Shown piece after piece: positions 56,770-64,000 of a stretch of 64,000 nt of DNA. Made by a program: the position numbers and the translations under genes. The notes under the pieces are model-generated. The model saw only the letters and a program-made list of their open reading frames with translations. It had not been told where the DNA came from and did no database searches. The DNA is taken from the NCBI GenBank assembly GCA_964607515.1, contig CAZSKU010000012.1, positions 1,058 through 65,057 of the forward strand, read 5' to 3'. This DNA comes from an uncultured bacterium (GTDB taxonomy: Bacteria > Fermentibacterota > Fermentibacteria > Fermentibacterales > JCC-6). Positions within the stretch are counted from its first letter, which is position 1, and each line of letters starts with the position of its first letter.

Positions 56770-57846
56770 TTGAAACTGCTCTGCACCGCCGATCTTCACC
56801 TGGGAAGAAGCATACCCCTTCCAGAGGATGTTTCCCAGGATGCCCATGGTCCTTCCAGGGCTTGGCGGCTCATCTGCGACATTGCGGTGGACGAGAGGGT
56901 GGATGCCCTGCTAATAGCCGGGGACGCCATAGATTCGGAGAAGAGTTACGCCGAGGGCATGGCGGTATTCCGGAACGGTCTCAGAAGGCTCCAGACTGCG
57001 GGCGTCCCGGTGATCCTGACCGCCGGCAACCATGACTGGAACCTCCTGGCCGAGGCAGCCATGGGCTTTCCCGGGGTTGTTCCCCTTGGTCTCTCCGGAC
57101 GCTGGGAAACCCATTCGCTTGGCGACGTGACAATCCTGGGATGGTCCTTTCCCGGAAGACATCACAGGGAGTCGCCCATGACGGGCTTCCCGGATATCCT
57201 TCCGGAAAAGACGGTCGGCCTTCTCCACTGCGACCTGGACTCCGGGGGCGGTCTCTACGCGCCGGTTAGGACCGGTGAGCTGGAGTCCAGGCCCGTAGCC
57301 AAATGGGTGCTCGGCCACATGCACTCCCCTCTGGACACGGACAGGCTTTTCTACCCCGGTTCGCCGCTGGGTCTCAACGCCGGGGAGACCGGGCCGAGAA
57401 GCGTGGTGATGCTGGACACCGATATGATGAGCTGCCGAAGGATTCCCATGGCGGTGCTGGAGTGGAAGCTGGTTTCCATCACCGAAGACGACCTTCTGGA
57501 TCCCGAAGAGCGGATTTCCTCCGCGGTGGAGCGGGTTCTCGGCGCCGAGGCGGGATCCGTGCTCACGGGATTCAGGGTTCTTTTCCAGGGAAGAACCGCC
57601 AGAAGCAGGGATTTCAGGAAGGCCGCAGCCTCCCTGGACAACGCCGCTTTTCCCGGCTTTTTTATCCAGCAGGCCATTGATGAGACGAAACCTCTGCTGG
57701 ATATCGCGGCTCTGGCGGAGGGAAAGAAGATGAGTTCGCTGTTGGCGGCGGAGGTGCTGGCCATGGATCCCCGGAGTGAGGACTACTCCGTGGGTGTAGA
57801 ACTGCTGGAGGAACTCCTGGAGCGGGAGCGGGGATTTGAGGATTAG
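56770..57846 (+). CDS. sbcD: metallophosphoesterase, SbcD/Mre11-like DNA repair exonuclease
   Basis: LCTADLHLGR...IAGDAID...TAGNHD...GHMH calcineurin-like motifs. Confidence 0.75.
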   Translation: MKLLCTADLHLGRSIPLPEDVSQDAHGPSRAWRLICDIAVDERVDALLIAGDAIDSEKSYAEGMAVFRNGLRRLQTAGVPVILTAGNHDWNLLAEAAMGFPGVVPLGLSGRWETHSLGDVTILGWSFPGRHHRESPMTGFPDILPEKTVGLLHCDLDSGGGLYAPVRTGELESRPVAKWVLGHMHSPLDTDRLFYPGSPLGLNAGETGPRSVVMLDTDMMSCRRIPMAVLEWKLVSITEDDLLDPEERISSAVERVLGAEAGSVLTGFRVLFQGRTARSRDFRKAAASLDNAAFPGFFIQQAIDETKPLLDIAALAEGKKMSSLLAAEVLAMDPRSEDYSVGVELLEELLERERGFED

Positions 57847-60800
57847 GAGCCTGCGGATCGTCACAATGCCCGGGTTCCCTTTGAACGGGCCCGTGCTCGA
57901 GGATCTGAGCCAGGGCATGAACGTGGTGATCGGGGCCAACGGGGCAGGGAAAACCACCCTGGCCCTGGCGGTGAGGTGGCTGCTGTGGCCTGCTACGGCT
58001 GGCAGGGGCGCGCCTCGCGTGGTTTCCGCCCAGACCTACGACAACATTCCCCTGGAGATCAACCAGAGCCACCGGGAAGGCCAGGACAAGTTGAAGCTTC
58101 CTCCCGACAGCCATGCCGACTGCTTCACCATAACCGCTGACGACCTGTTCGACGGGGGAACGGCATCCTTTGCAGACAGAGTGAAGCAGGCCATCACCGG
58201 GCAGGTCTCGGTGGACTCCCTGTACCGGAAAGAGGATGGTTCCCGGGCTCTGGAGACCGAACTGGCGGGATTCCGCAAGGACTACGAGAACAGAGCTCGG
58301 GAGATCGAGGGGAAACACGGGCTTATCTCCCGGCTGCCGGAGCTGCGCGAGAAACTGACCGAGGGTAGAAAGGCGGAGCAGAGGCTGGTTCTCCTCAGGG
58401 AAGCCCTGGAGTTGCGGGAGATAGATGTCCGGCTGGCATCCATGAAGGGAATGGAGAACACCGCGCCCACAGACCTGGGAAATGCCCAGAGGCTCAGGAA
58501 AGAGATCAACGCCCTCAAGGCCGGCATTGCCGAACTGGATCGGCAGTCGGAGAAATGTCTGCAGAATATCGAGGAGACGGGTCTGAACGAGGTGCCCGAC
58601 ACTCTGGGCGAGATCAGGGCGCTGCTTGAAAATGTCAAGGCGTCGGCCCGGAAGAAGAGTGATCTGGAGGAGAGCCTCGCCGGGCTCCTTCGAGTCCTGG
58701 AGGGGGTACCCGACAATGCCGGGCTGGAGGATCTGGACAAAGTCCTCTCCTCGGTGCTGGAACACGAGAAGATTCTTGAGAGGATACGGGAACTCGGAAG
58801 CCGGAAGGCGGCACTTGAGGAAACCCTCGGGGATGTCCGGGTGGAGGAGTTGGAAAGGGGGAGAAGCCTCCTGATCCGATGGCTGACCCAGAGGGAGCAC
58901 AGGGATCTGATTATTCCGGCGGGGCTTCTCACGGTGGCGGTTCTTCTGCTGCTGGGAGGCGACACGCGCCTGGCCGTCCTGGCCCTGGTCCTGTTTGCAT
59001 GGTCTTTGCTGGCCCCGGTGGTGCAGATGAAGCTGCTCCAGGGGAAATACCGGAAGACAGGGCTGCAGGAGCCGTCGTTCTGGGCAGGCAGGGATGTGAT
59101 CGGTTTGGTGAGAGCCTTGGAGACAACGATGGGCGATCATCGGTCTCTTGTGGAAACCGGCAGGGATATGGCCCGGCTGCAGGAGGAGGCCGACGACCTT
59201 CGGCAGCGCAGTCTGGGAATCCGCGAGAAGACGGGGGTGAACTCGGCCTTGGGCATGGAGATGCTGGTGGACAGGATGAAACGGTCCGGCGAGGTGGACG
59301 TCCTGAAGGGCAGGCTCGAGAAGGTGGACGCCGGGCTGAGGGACGACCTCCTGAGGCTGGGGGAGCTGCTCGGTGCATGGAATGTTCCGCCTCCCGACAG
59401 TGTCCAGCAGGCGGCGGGAGGCGTTGAGGCGCTGGAGGAGAGAGTCCGGATCTACATTCAGGAGGAGTCATCCCTTAAAAGCCTTCGCAGGGAGGCTGAA
59501 GCATCCCGCAGGAGACTTGCCGACCTGGAGGTCGAAATGGGAGGGATATTCTCCAGGAACGGCTTGGAGACAGGGGATTTCGACTCGCTGAAGGAGAGGG
59601 ACGGAAAGCTCAATTCCTATCTTTACCTGGTCCAGAGGCGAGACTCGATGAAAAAACATGGTGAAGGCGTCCTGTGTCCGCCGGAATCCCTGGAGGAGGA
59701 GATTCGAGCGGCGGAGGAAATGGCGGCCACCTTGGACGATACCCGGGAGAAAGTCACCCTGGCCATGGACGCCGAGAGGAAAATGGTGCAATCGGTGGAA
59801 CTGGTGGATATCCTTTCCCGGATTGCACAGGCGGAGCGCAAGCTTGAGGCCAGGAACGCCGCCAACCGGAGAGTTCGAATACGCAACAGACTTCTTGACG
59901 CTGTGAAGAGGAAGTACCAGGTGGAAATCCAGCCGCCGGTGGTGAACCGGGCGTCGAGTCTGCTATCCCGTTTCACCGGGAACCGCTACAGCTTGAACCC
60001 GGTAGGGCTGGAAGACGAGGACATCTCGGCACTGGACTCGGAAACCGGAGCGGCGCTGCCCCTGGAGCACCTTTCCCGGGGAACCAGAATGCAGCTTCTG
60101 CTGGCCCTGAAAATCGCTTTCGCCGAACTGGTTGAGGCCGGTGACAGGCTTCCGATTATTCTCGACGAAGTGCTGGCGAATTCTGACCTGGAACGGTTCA
60201 GGGAGGTAACCCTGGCCATGGTGGAACTGGTTCGCCAGGGCAGGCAGATCTTCTATCTCACATGCCAGGAGCCCGACGCATCCCTGATTCGGCAGGTCTT
60301 CAAGGAGTCCGGAGATATTGCGGTGAAGGTCATCCGTATAGACCGCGCAAGCCCCGGGGCATGGCCCGACTACACGGGGCTGATAGAGAGCGTCCCCCAG
60401 CCCGGCGGGCTCTCCTACGACCGGTACGTCCGGCTGCTGGAACCGCCGGGTGTCGTACGGGGGATGAGTCCCGGCGGGATTCATCCCGCCTGGGTTCTCC
60501 ACCGTACGGATACCCTGCACAGGCTTCTCATGGCCGGGCTGAACAGCCTGGGTAAAGCCTTTGCCTCCGGCACTTCCGTTCTGGACGCAAAAGAAGCCCG
60601 GGAACTGGAACAGGCCAGACTGGTTGCGGAGAGGGTTCTTTCCCTTTATACCCGGGGGAGGCCTGAACCATTGACCAGGAAGACCCTGGAGGAATCACCC
60701 GTGGGACGATCCAGACTTCTGGACGATGTGTGGTCCCTTTCCGCGAGAGTCGGGCATCACCCGGCGAGGCTTCTGGAGGAACTCAGGCAGAAGGGGGTGC

Positions 60801-61015
60801 CCGGTTTTCGCTCCGCTCTCGTGGACGAGTTCGAGGAATTCCTTCAGGCACATGGGTATTTGTGCCGGGAACAGCCTATTTCCAGGGAGGAAGCCCGGCT
60901 TCATGTTCTGGAATCGGCTGAGGGGGATCCGGAGCGTGTCCGGACGATCTTCGAGAGGTTGTGGGATTCACTGGAAAGTTCCGGCAGACCAGGGAGTCGT
61001 GGGTTGCAGGCATGA
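57836..61015 (+). CDS. sbcC: SbcC/Rad50-like AAA ATPase (YhaN-like) with central hydrophobic hairpin
   Basis: N-terminal Walker A (VVIGANGAGKTTL), long coiled coil, C-terminal signature and Walker B (LSRGTRMQLLLALKIAF...ILDEVLANSD). Two hydrophobic segments (LIIPAGLLTVAVLLLLGG and LAVLALVLFAWSLLAPVV) lie mid-protein. Confidence 0.75.
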   Translation: MRIRSLRIVTMPGFPLNGPVLEDLSQGMNVVIGANGAGKTTLALAVRWLLWPATAGRGAPRVVSAQTYDNIPLEINQSHREGQDKLKLPPDSHADCFTITADDLFDGGTASFADRVKQAITGQVSVDSLYRKEDGSRALETELAGFRKDYENRAREIEGKHGLISRLPELREKLTEGRKAEQRLVLLREALELREIDVRLASMKGMENTAPTDLGNAQRLRKEINALKAGIAELDRQSEKCLQNIEETGLNEVPDTLGEIRALLENVKASARKKSDLEESLAGLLRVLEGVPDNAGLEDLDKVLSSVLEHEKILERIRELGSRKAALEETLGDVRVEELERGRSLLIRWLTQREHRDLIIPAGLLTVAVLLLLGGDTRLAVLALVLFAWSLLAPVVQMKLLQGKYRKTGLQEPSFWAGRDVIGLVRALETTMGDHRSLVETGRDMARLQEEADDLRQRSLGIREKTGVNSALGMEMLVDRMKRSGEVDVLKGRLEKVDAGLRDDLLRLGELLGAWNVPPPDSVQQAAGGVEALEERVRIYIQEESSLKSLRREAEASRRRLADLEVEMGGIFSRNGLETGDFDSLKERDGKLNSYLYLVQRRDSMKKHGEGVLCPPESLEEEIRAAEEMAATLDDTREKVTLAMDAERKMVQSVELVDILSRIAQAERKLEARNAANRRVRIRNRLLDAVKRKYQVEIQPPVVNRASSLLSRFTGNRYSLNPVGLEDEDISALDSETGAALPLEHLSRGTRMQLLLALKIAFAELVEAGDRLPIILDEVLANSDLERFREVTLAMVELVRQGRQIFYLTCQEPDASLIRQVFKESGDIAVKVIRIDRASPGAWPDYTGLIESVPQPGGLSYDRYVRLLEPPGVVRGMSPGGIHPAWVLHRTDTLHRLLMAGLNSLGKAFASGTSVLDAKEARELEQARLVAERVLSLYTRGRPEPLTRKTLEESPVGRSRLLDDVWSLSARVGHHPARLLEELRQKGVPGFRSALVDEFEEFLQAHGYLCREQPISREEARLHVLESAEGDPERVRTIFERLWDSLESSGRPGSRGLQA

Positions 61016-61111
61016 ACCGGCTGCGACTCATCGTGCCTGCGATTGCCCGGGGCGCGCCTCTTTAGCCCAGTATCGGCGCCTGTTGGGGTCTCAACCGCTG
61101 CAACCTCGACT

Positions 61112-61139
61112 TTGCTTTTCCGGAGGCCATTGGTTATAA
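61112..61139 (+). promoter_or_regulatory. candidate sigma70 promoter (-35 TTGCTT, 16-nt spacer, -10 TTATAA) for the YEYQAD-repeat gene
   Basis: Sequence motif only. Confidence 0.3.
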
Positions 61140-61195
61140 GGGGATTCCATAAGCAGTACTCCGGAGTCGTAGGAAGGCCTGCATTGGTAAAAGCA

Positions 61196-61558
61196 ATGAA
61201 AAACAACAGATTACGTAAGTTAGTTGACTTTGTTTACTCCGTCCCCCTGCTGTTCTTAGCGGGGCTGGCCCAGGCCGGAAACGTCTTCGTCACCGAATAC
61301 GAGTATCAGGCGGATCTGACGGTGCTGCCCGTGGAGTACGAGTATCAGGCCGACCTCAACGTTCTGGTGGTGGACTACGAGTACCAGGCCGACGGCGAGG
61401 ACGGGCTCTGGTACTACTGCGACTACGAGTACCAGGCCGATGTCCTGGTGTACTTCTGCGAGTACGAGTACCAGGCGGATCTGAAGGTACTGTTCGTGGA
61501 ATACGAGTACCAGGCGGGCTGGAACTGCGGCCATCCCTGGCAGGAAAGGCTCCACTGA
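61196..61558 (+). CDS. secreted tandem-repeat protein (six YEYQAD-containing repeats)
   Basis: Signal peptide MKNNRLRKLVDFVYSVPLLFLAGLAQA. Six 13-14-aa repeats of the form (V/T)EYEYQAD(L)xVLxV. The ORF-track start at 61043 is unlikely because it carries no signal peptide. Confidence 0.6.
   Translation: MKNNRLRKLVDFVYSVPLLFLAGLAQAGNVFVTEYEYQADLTVLPVEYEYQADLNVLVVDYEYQADGEDGLWYYCDYEYQADVLVYFCEYEYQADLKVLFVEYEYQAGWNCGHPWQERLH
61293..61520 (+). repeat. in-frame tandem DNA repeats (~39-42 bp units, GAATACGAGTA(T/C)CAGGC(G/C)GA...)
   Basis: Direct reading shows six imperfect units, all coding. Confidence 0.7.
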
Positions 61559-61559
61559 C

Positions 61560-62201
61560 TTGAACCGCGGGGAGCCCTTCGAGTACTCCGGCCTTTCGGA
61601 AAGGGCGGAGGAGCTGCTGGGCAGCCAGGAGGGTCCGGGGCTCGACTTCAAGGAATCGGTAGGAGCCCTGTCGGCTGACGATCTGGTGGCCTTCGCCAAC
61701 ACCGAGGCCGGCGGAGTGATCCTTCTCGGGGTCAGAGAACTCCGGGACTCCAGAGGAATGCAGGCTGCCGAGGTTGTCGGCTGCGAGGTCGGGGACAAGG
61801 CCAAGCTGAATATCCTGGGTAAGGCCGAGAGCTGCGTACCCCCGGTGGAAGTATGGGTGATCCTGGAGAACGGCGATGGCGGGAAGCCATTCTACCGTGT
61901 GGAGATTCCCCCCGGCCGGAACCGGCCATACTGCACCAGCGGCGGCACTTACAAGATCCGGGGAGACGCAAGGAACGAGGCCCTCACTCCGGACAAGCTT
62001 CTCTCCCTGTTCCTTGAGACCGAGAACGCCAGGTTCGTCAACCGTTTCAGGGAGGCGGCATCGGACCTGGAGGAGGGGCTGCTGGAAATCAAGCGCAAAC
62101 TCCTCAGCGAGATGGGAGACATCTACCGCCAGGTGGACAGCCTGAGGGCAGGGCTGGAGCGGGGAGGGTATTCTACTCCCCCGGGGGTTGACAAAAAGTA
62201 A
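61560..62201 (+). CDS. AlbA_2 (Schlafen-type) putative DNA-binding domain protein
   Basis: LDFKESVGALSADDLVAFANTEAGGVILLGV...YRVEIPPG...YKIRGDARNEALTPD matches the AlbA_2 profile. Confidence 0.55.
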   Translation: MNRGEPFEYSGLSERAEELLGSQEGPGLDFKESVGALSADDLVAFANTEAGGVILLGVRELRDSRGMQAAEVVGCEVGDKAKLNILGKAESCVPPVEVWVILENGDGGKPFYRVEIPPGRNRPYCTSGGTYKIRGDARNEALTPDKLLSLFLETENARFVNRFREAASDLEEGLLEIKRKLLSEMGDIYRQVDSLRAGLERGGYSTPPGVDKK

Positions 62202-62222
62202 AACAGATATATCATTGTGGCA
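62187..62222 (+). promoter_or_regulatory. candidate promoter (TTGACA, 17 nt, ATCATT) and AT-rich leader for the DUF4097-DUF2089 operon
   Basis: A perfect -35 hexamer overlaps the end of the AlbA_2 gene. The -10 is weak. Confidence 0.3.
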
Positions 62223-62259
62223 ATTCCACTATACCACATAGATGAAAGGAATTGCCAAA

Positions 62260-63165
62260 ATGAACGAAGAGAGAATGAAAGTCCTTGAGATGGTGGCCGA
62301 CGGCACCATTTCCGCGGAAGATGCCGCAAAGCTTCTGGACGCCCTGAACGACGGTGGTTCCAGAACCATGTTCCGCCCCCCTCTCACGCCAAAGCATCCC
62401 CGGCATGAGCGTCCGTTCCACGGGATCTTCCATGTGATGGGCGGCGTCATGGGCGACGTGATGAAGGAGATGAGGTCGGGTCTGCTACGGGAAGAGGTTC
62501 CCGATGACGCCGTCGAGACCGACTGTCTGGACGAGAAGCTTCCTGACGGGACGGCGTTGGTGGTCAGGAGCGTCGGCGGACTCATAGGCGGCGGAGGCGA
62601 AAGCGTTACGGTAACCCGGAGCGCCGGGGGCAATCTGGTTGTAAAAGCTCCTGAGGGCGGAAAGCTGAAGGTCTCCAGGGGTGAGAAGGAGATCAGCATC
62701 TACATCGCAGAGGGCGAAACCCTTCTGGAAATCCCCGATAATGCGGAGTCTCTGAACGTGAGAATCAAGGGCGGCGGCATCTCCGCCTCCGATCTGCCCT
62801 GTCCCTTCAAGGCCTCCACCATGGGCGGCTCGGTGAGTGTTGCCAGGCCTTCCACACACTTCTCGGTGAAAACCATGGGCGGGAATCTGGACCTGACCAT
62901 GGACGACCGGTGGAGCGGATCCTCCAAGGCGAAGACCATGGGGGGCGGAGTCACGGTGGTCCTGTTGAAAGGTTTCAAAGGCAAGGTAGACGCATCAACC
63001 ATGGGGGGAACCGTTGAAGCCTCCGGAGTCACCGTCCTGGAGGACAGATCGTCCAACGGATCGTCCCGGAAGACCGTCTCTGCCGGAGATCAGGAGAGCG
63101 ACTCCCTGCTGGTGGTGAAAACCATGGGCGGCGGTGTAGTGATCCGGGCGGGCGGAGATGTGTAA
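62260..63165 (+). CDS. DUF4097 (putative adhesin/beta-helix) protein with N-terminal SHOCT-like helix
   Basis: MNEERMKVLEMVADGTISAEDAAKLLDAL, then repeated xTMGGxVxV units (five or more). Confidence 0.65.
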   Translation: MNEERMKVLEMVADGTISAEDAAKLLDALNDGGSRTMFRPPLTPKHPRHERPFHGIFHVMGGVMGDVMKEMRSGLLREEVPDDAVETDCLDEKLPDGTALVVRSVGGLIGGGGESVTVTRSAGGNLVVKAPEGGKLKVSRGEKEISIYIAEGETLLEIPDNAESLNVRIKGGGISASDLPCPFKASTMGGSVSVARPSTHFSVKTMGGNLDLTMDDRWSGSSKAKTMGGGVTVVLLKGFKGKVDASTMGGTVEASGVTVLEDRSSNGSSRKTVSAGDQESDSLLVVKTMGGGVVIRAGGDV

Positions 63166-63529
63166 CACTCCCGCGCCCACCAACTGTCCTTCCTGTGGTG
63201 AGGGTCTGACGGTGGTAAGACTGGAGTGCCCGAAATGCGGAACCCAGGTTTCCGGGAAGTACAGGCTCTGTCCGATCTGTTCGCTTACCGGCGAGGGCAG
63301 GAAGCTGTTCAACCTGTTCCTGGAATACAGGGGGAACCTGAAGGCCGTTCAGAGAAGCCTCGGAGTCTCCTACCCCACCGCCCGGGCCAGGGTGGAGGAG
63401 CTGTTCCGGGAGCTGAGCGGCGGCGAGAGACACCCCATGGATGTGCTGGACGATCTTCACAGCGGAGAGATCGGTGTGGAAGAGGCGCTGGAACTCCTGA
63501 AGGGGGTTTCGGCACAGCGGGAAGGGTGA
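63158..63529 (+). CDS. DUF2089 zinc-ribbon/HTH protein
   Basis: CPSCGEGLTVVRLECPKCGTQVSGKY...CPIC zinc ribbon, then GNLKAVQRSLGVSYPTARARVEEL HTH. 8-nt overlap with the upstream gene. Confidence 0.7.
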   Translation: MCNTPAPTNCPSCGEGLTVVRLECPKCGTQVSGKYRLCPICSLTGEGRKLFNLFLEYRGNLKAVQRSLGVSYPTARARVEELFRELSGGERHPMDVLDDLHSGEIGVEEALELLKGVSAQREG

Positions 63530-63537
63530 CGTACGTC

Positions 63538-64000
63538 ATGAAGAGCGGGCTGCTTCTCGGGATGACTCTGTTTCTGTGGGCATCGTGTTCAATGACCCTG
63601 GGTGACGATCTTCTGGAGGAACGTCATGAAAGCCGCCTCCTCAGGGAAGGAGCGCGGCTCTCCATCGGCAATCTTAACGGAGACGTCACCATCATGCCCT
63701 GGGACGGCGACCAGGTGTCGGTTACCATGTCCATCTACGGCAGCGCCTCCCGGGGGATTCCCGAGGGATTCTCCGTGGAGACCGCCTTCACCGAATCATC
63801 GCTGACATACCAGGTAAGGTATCCTTCGGGGGTGATCAACATGTCGGTGAAATTCATGATACTGGTTCCCGAGGGGCTCTCCCTTCAGACCGAGGTCGAG
63901 ACCAGCAACGGAAACATCTCCGTGGAGGGACCCCATACCGTCGCCCTGGAAACCGCCAACGGAAACATCTCCGTGGAGGGAGCCGTCGGCGGCGAGGGAG
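63538..64000 (+). CDS. DUF4097-like lipoprotein, 3' end outside the window
   Basis: MKSGLLLGMTLFLWASCS signal/lipobox. Repeated SNGNISVEG units. The frame is open to the window edge. Confidence 0.5.
   Translation, partial: MKSGLLLGMTLFLWASCSMTLGDDLLEERHESRLLREGARLSIGNLNGDVTIMPWDGDQVSVTMSIYGSASRGIPEGFSVETAFTESSLTYQVRYPSGVINMSVKFMILVPEGLSLQTEVETSNGNISVEGPHTVALETANGNISVEGAVGGEG

Noticed and set aside
57662-59140. 492-aa minus-strand ORF
   Set aside because: It is antisense to the SbcC-like gene.
61043-61195. Upstream extension of the YEYQAD gene
   Set aside because: The extension has no signal peptide. The internal ATG at 61196 yields a canonical signal peptide and follows a plausible promoter.
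61293-61520. Possible CRISPR-like regularly spaced repeats
   Set aside because: The repeats are contiguous with no spacers, are in frame, and encode the YEYQAD protein repeats. There are no cas genes.

Overview
This is a high-GC (about 65%) bacterial chromosomal window. Almost all real genes lie on the + strand and are tightly packed, with many 1-8 nt start/stop overlaps. Because of the GC content, most of the long minus-strand or alternate-frame ORFs in the six-frame track are antisense artefacts. Real genes were chosen by conserved protein motifs and operon logic.

Main content, in order:
- SRP RNA (ffs), then dnaX-ybaB-recR.
- pgsA-pgpA-cinA-thpR-recA-recX.
- rplM-rpsI.
- rpsB-tsf-pyrH-frr-uppS-cdsA-dxr-rseP. 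This is followed, in the position where bamA normally sits, by an Omp85-family protein with a non-canonical N-terminus (gluzincin-like peptidase plus PD40 beta-propeller).
- yhhQ, then three secreted proteins or lipoproteins, then deoC, uvrD/pcrA, a split transketolase and serA.
- A tightly coupled, apparently uncharacterised multi-gene membrane system (29078-36260). It is built around a large GlmL/EutA-like ASKHA ATPase, with an orphan paralog of its first gene about 9 kb downstream. The two copies share a 428-bp block that is 100% identical.
- tRNA-Phe and arfB.
- A selD gene containing an in-frame UGA (selenocysteine) codon.
- GNAT acetyltransferase, PUR-alpha-like protein, ygiQ, a DUF4190/DUF2752 pair, and an M16C peptidase.
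- A molybdenum-cofactor operon (moeA-moaA-moaC-mog) headed by a MobB-like/ModE-HTH fusion.
- A secreted protein with a T9SS-type C-terminal sorting domain.
- A Pat-like protein acetyltransferase, an EamA transporter, an SbcD/SbcC-like pair, a secreted YEYQAD tandem-repeat protein, an AlbA_2 protein, and a DUF4097/DUF2089/DUF4097 module.

No CRISPR array, transposase, integrase or rRNA was found. The T9SS C-terminal domain, the PD40/Omp85 protein and the DUF3276 protein suggest an uncultivated FCB-superphylum or Gemmatimonadetes-like Gram-negative lineage. That lineage call is inference only.
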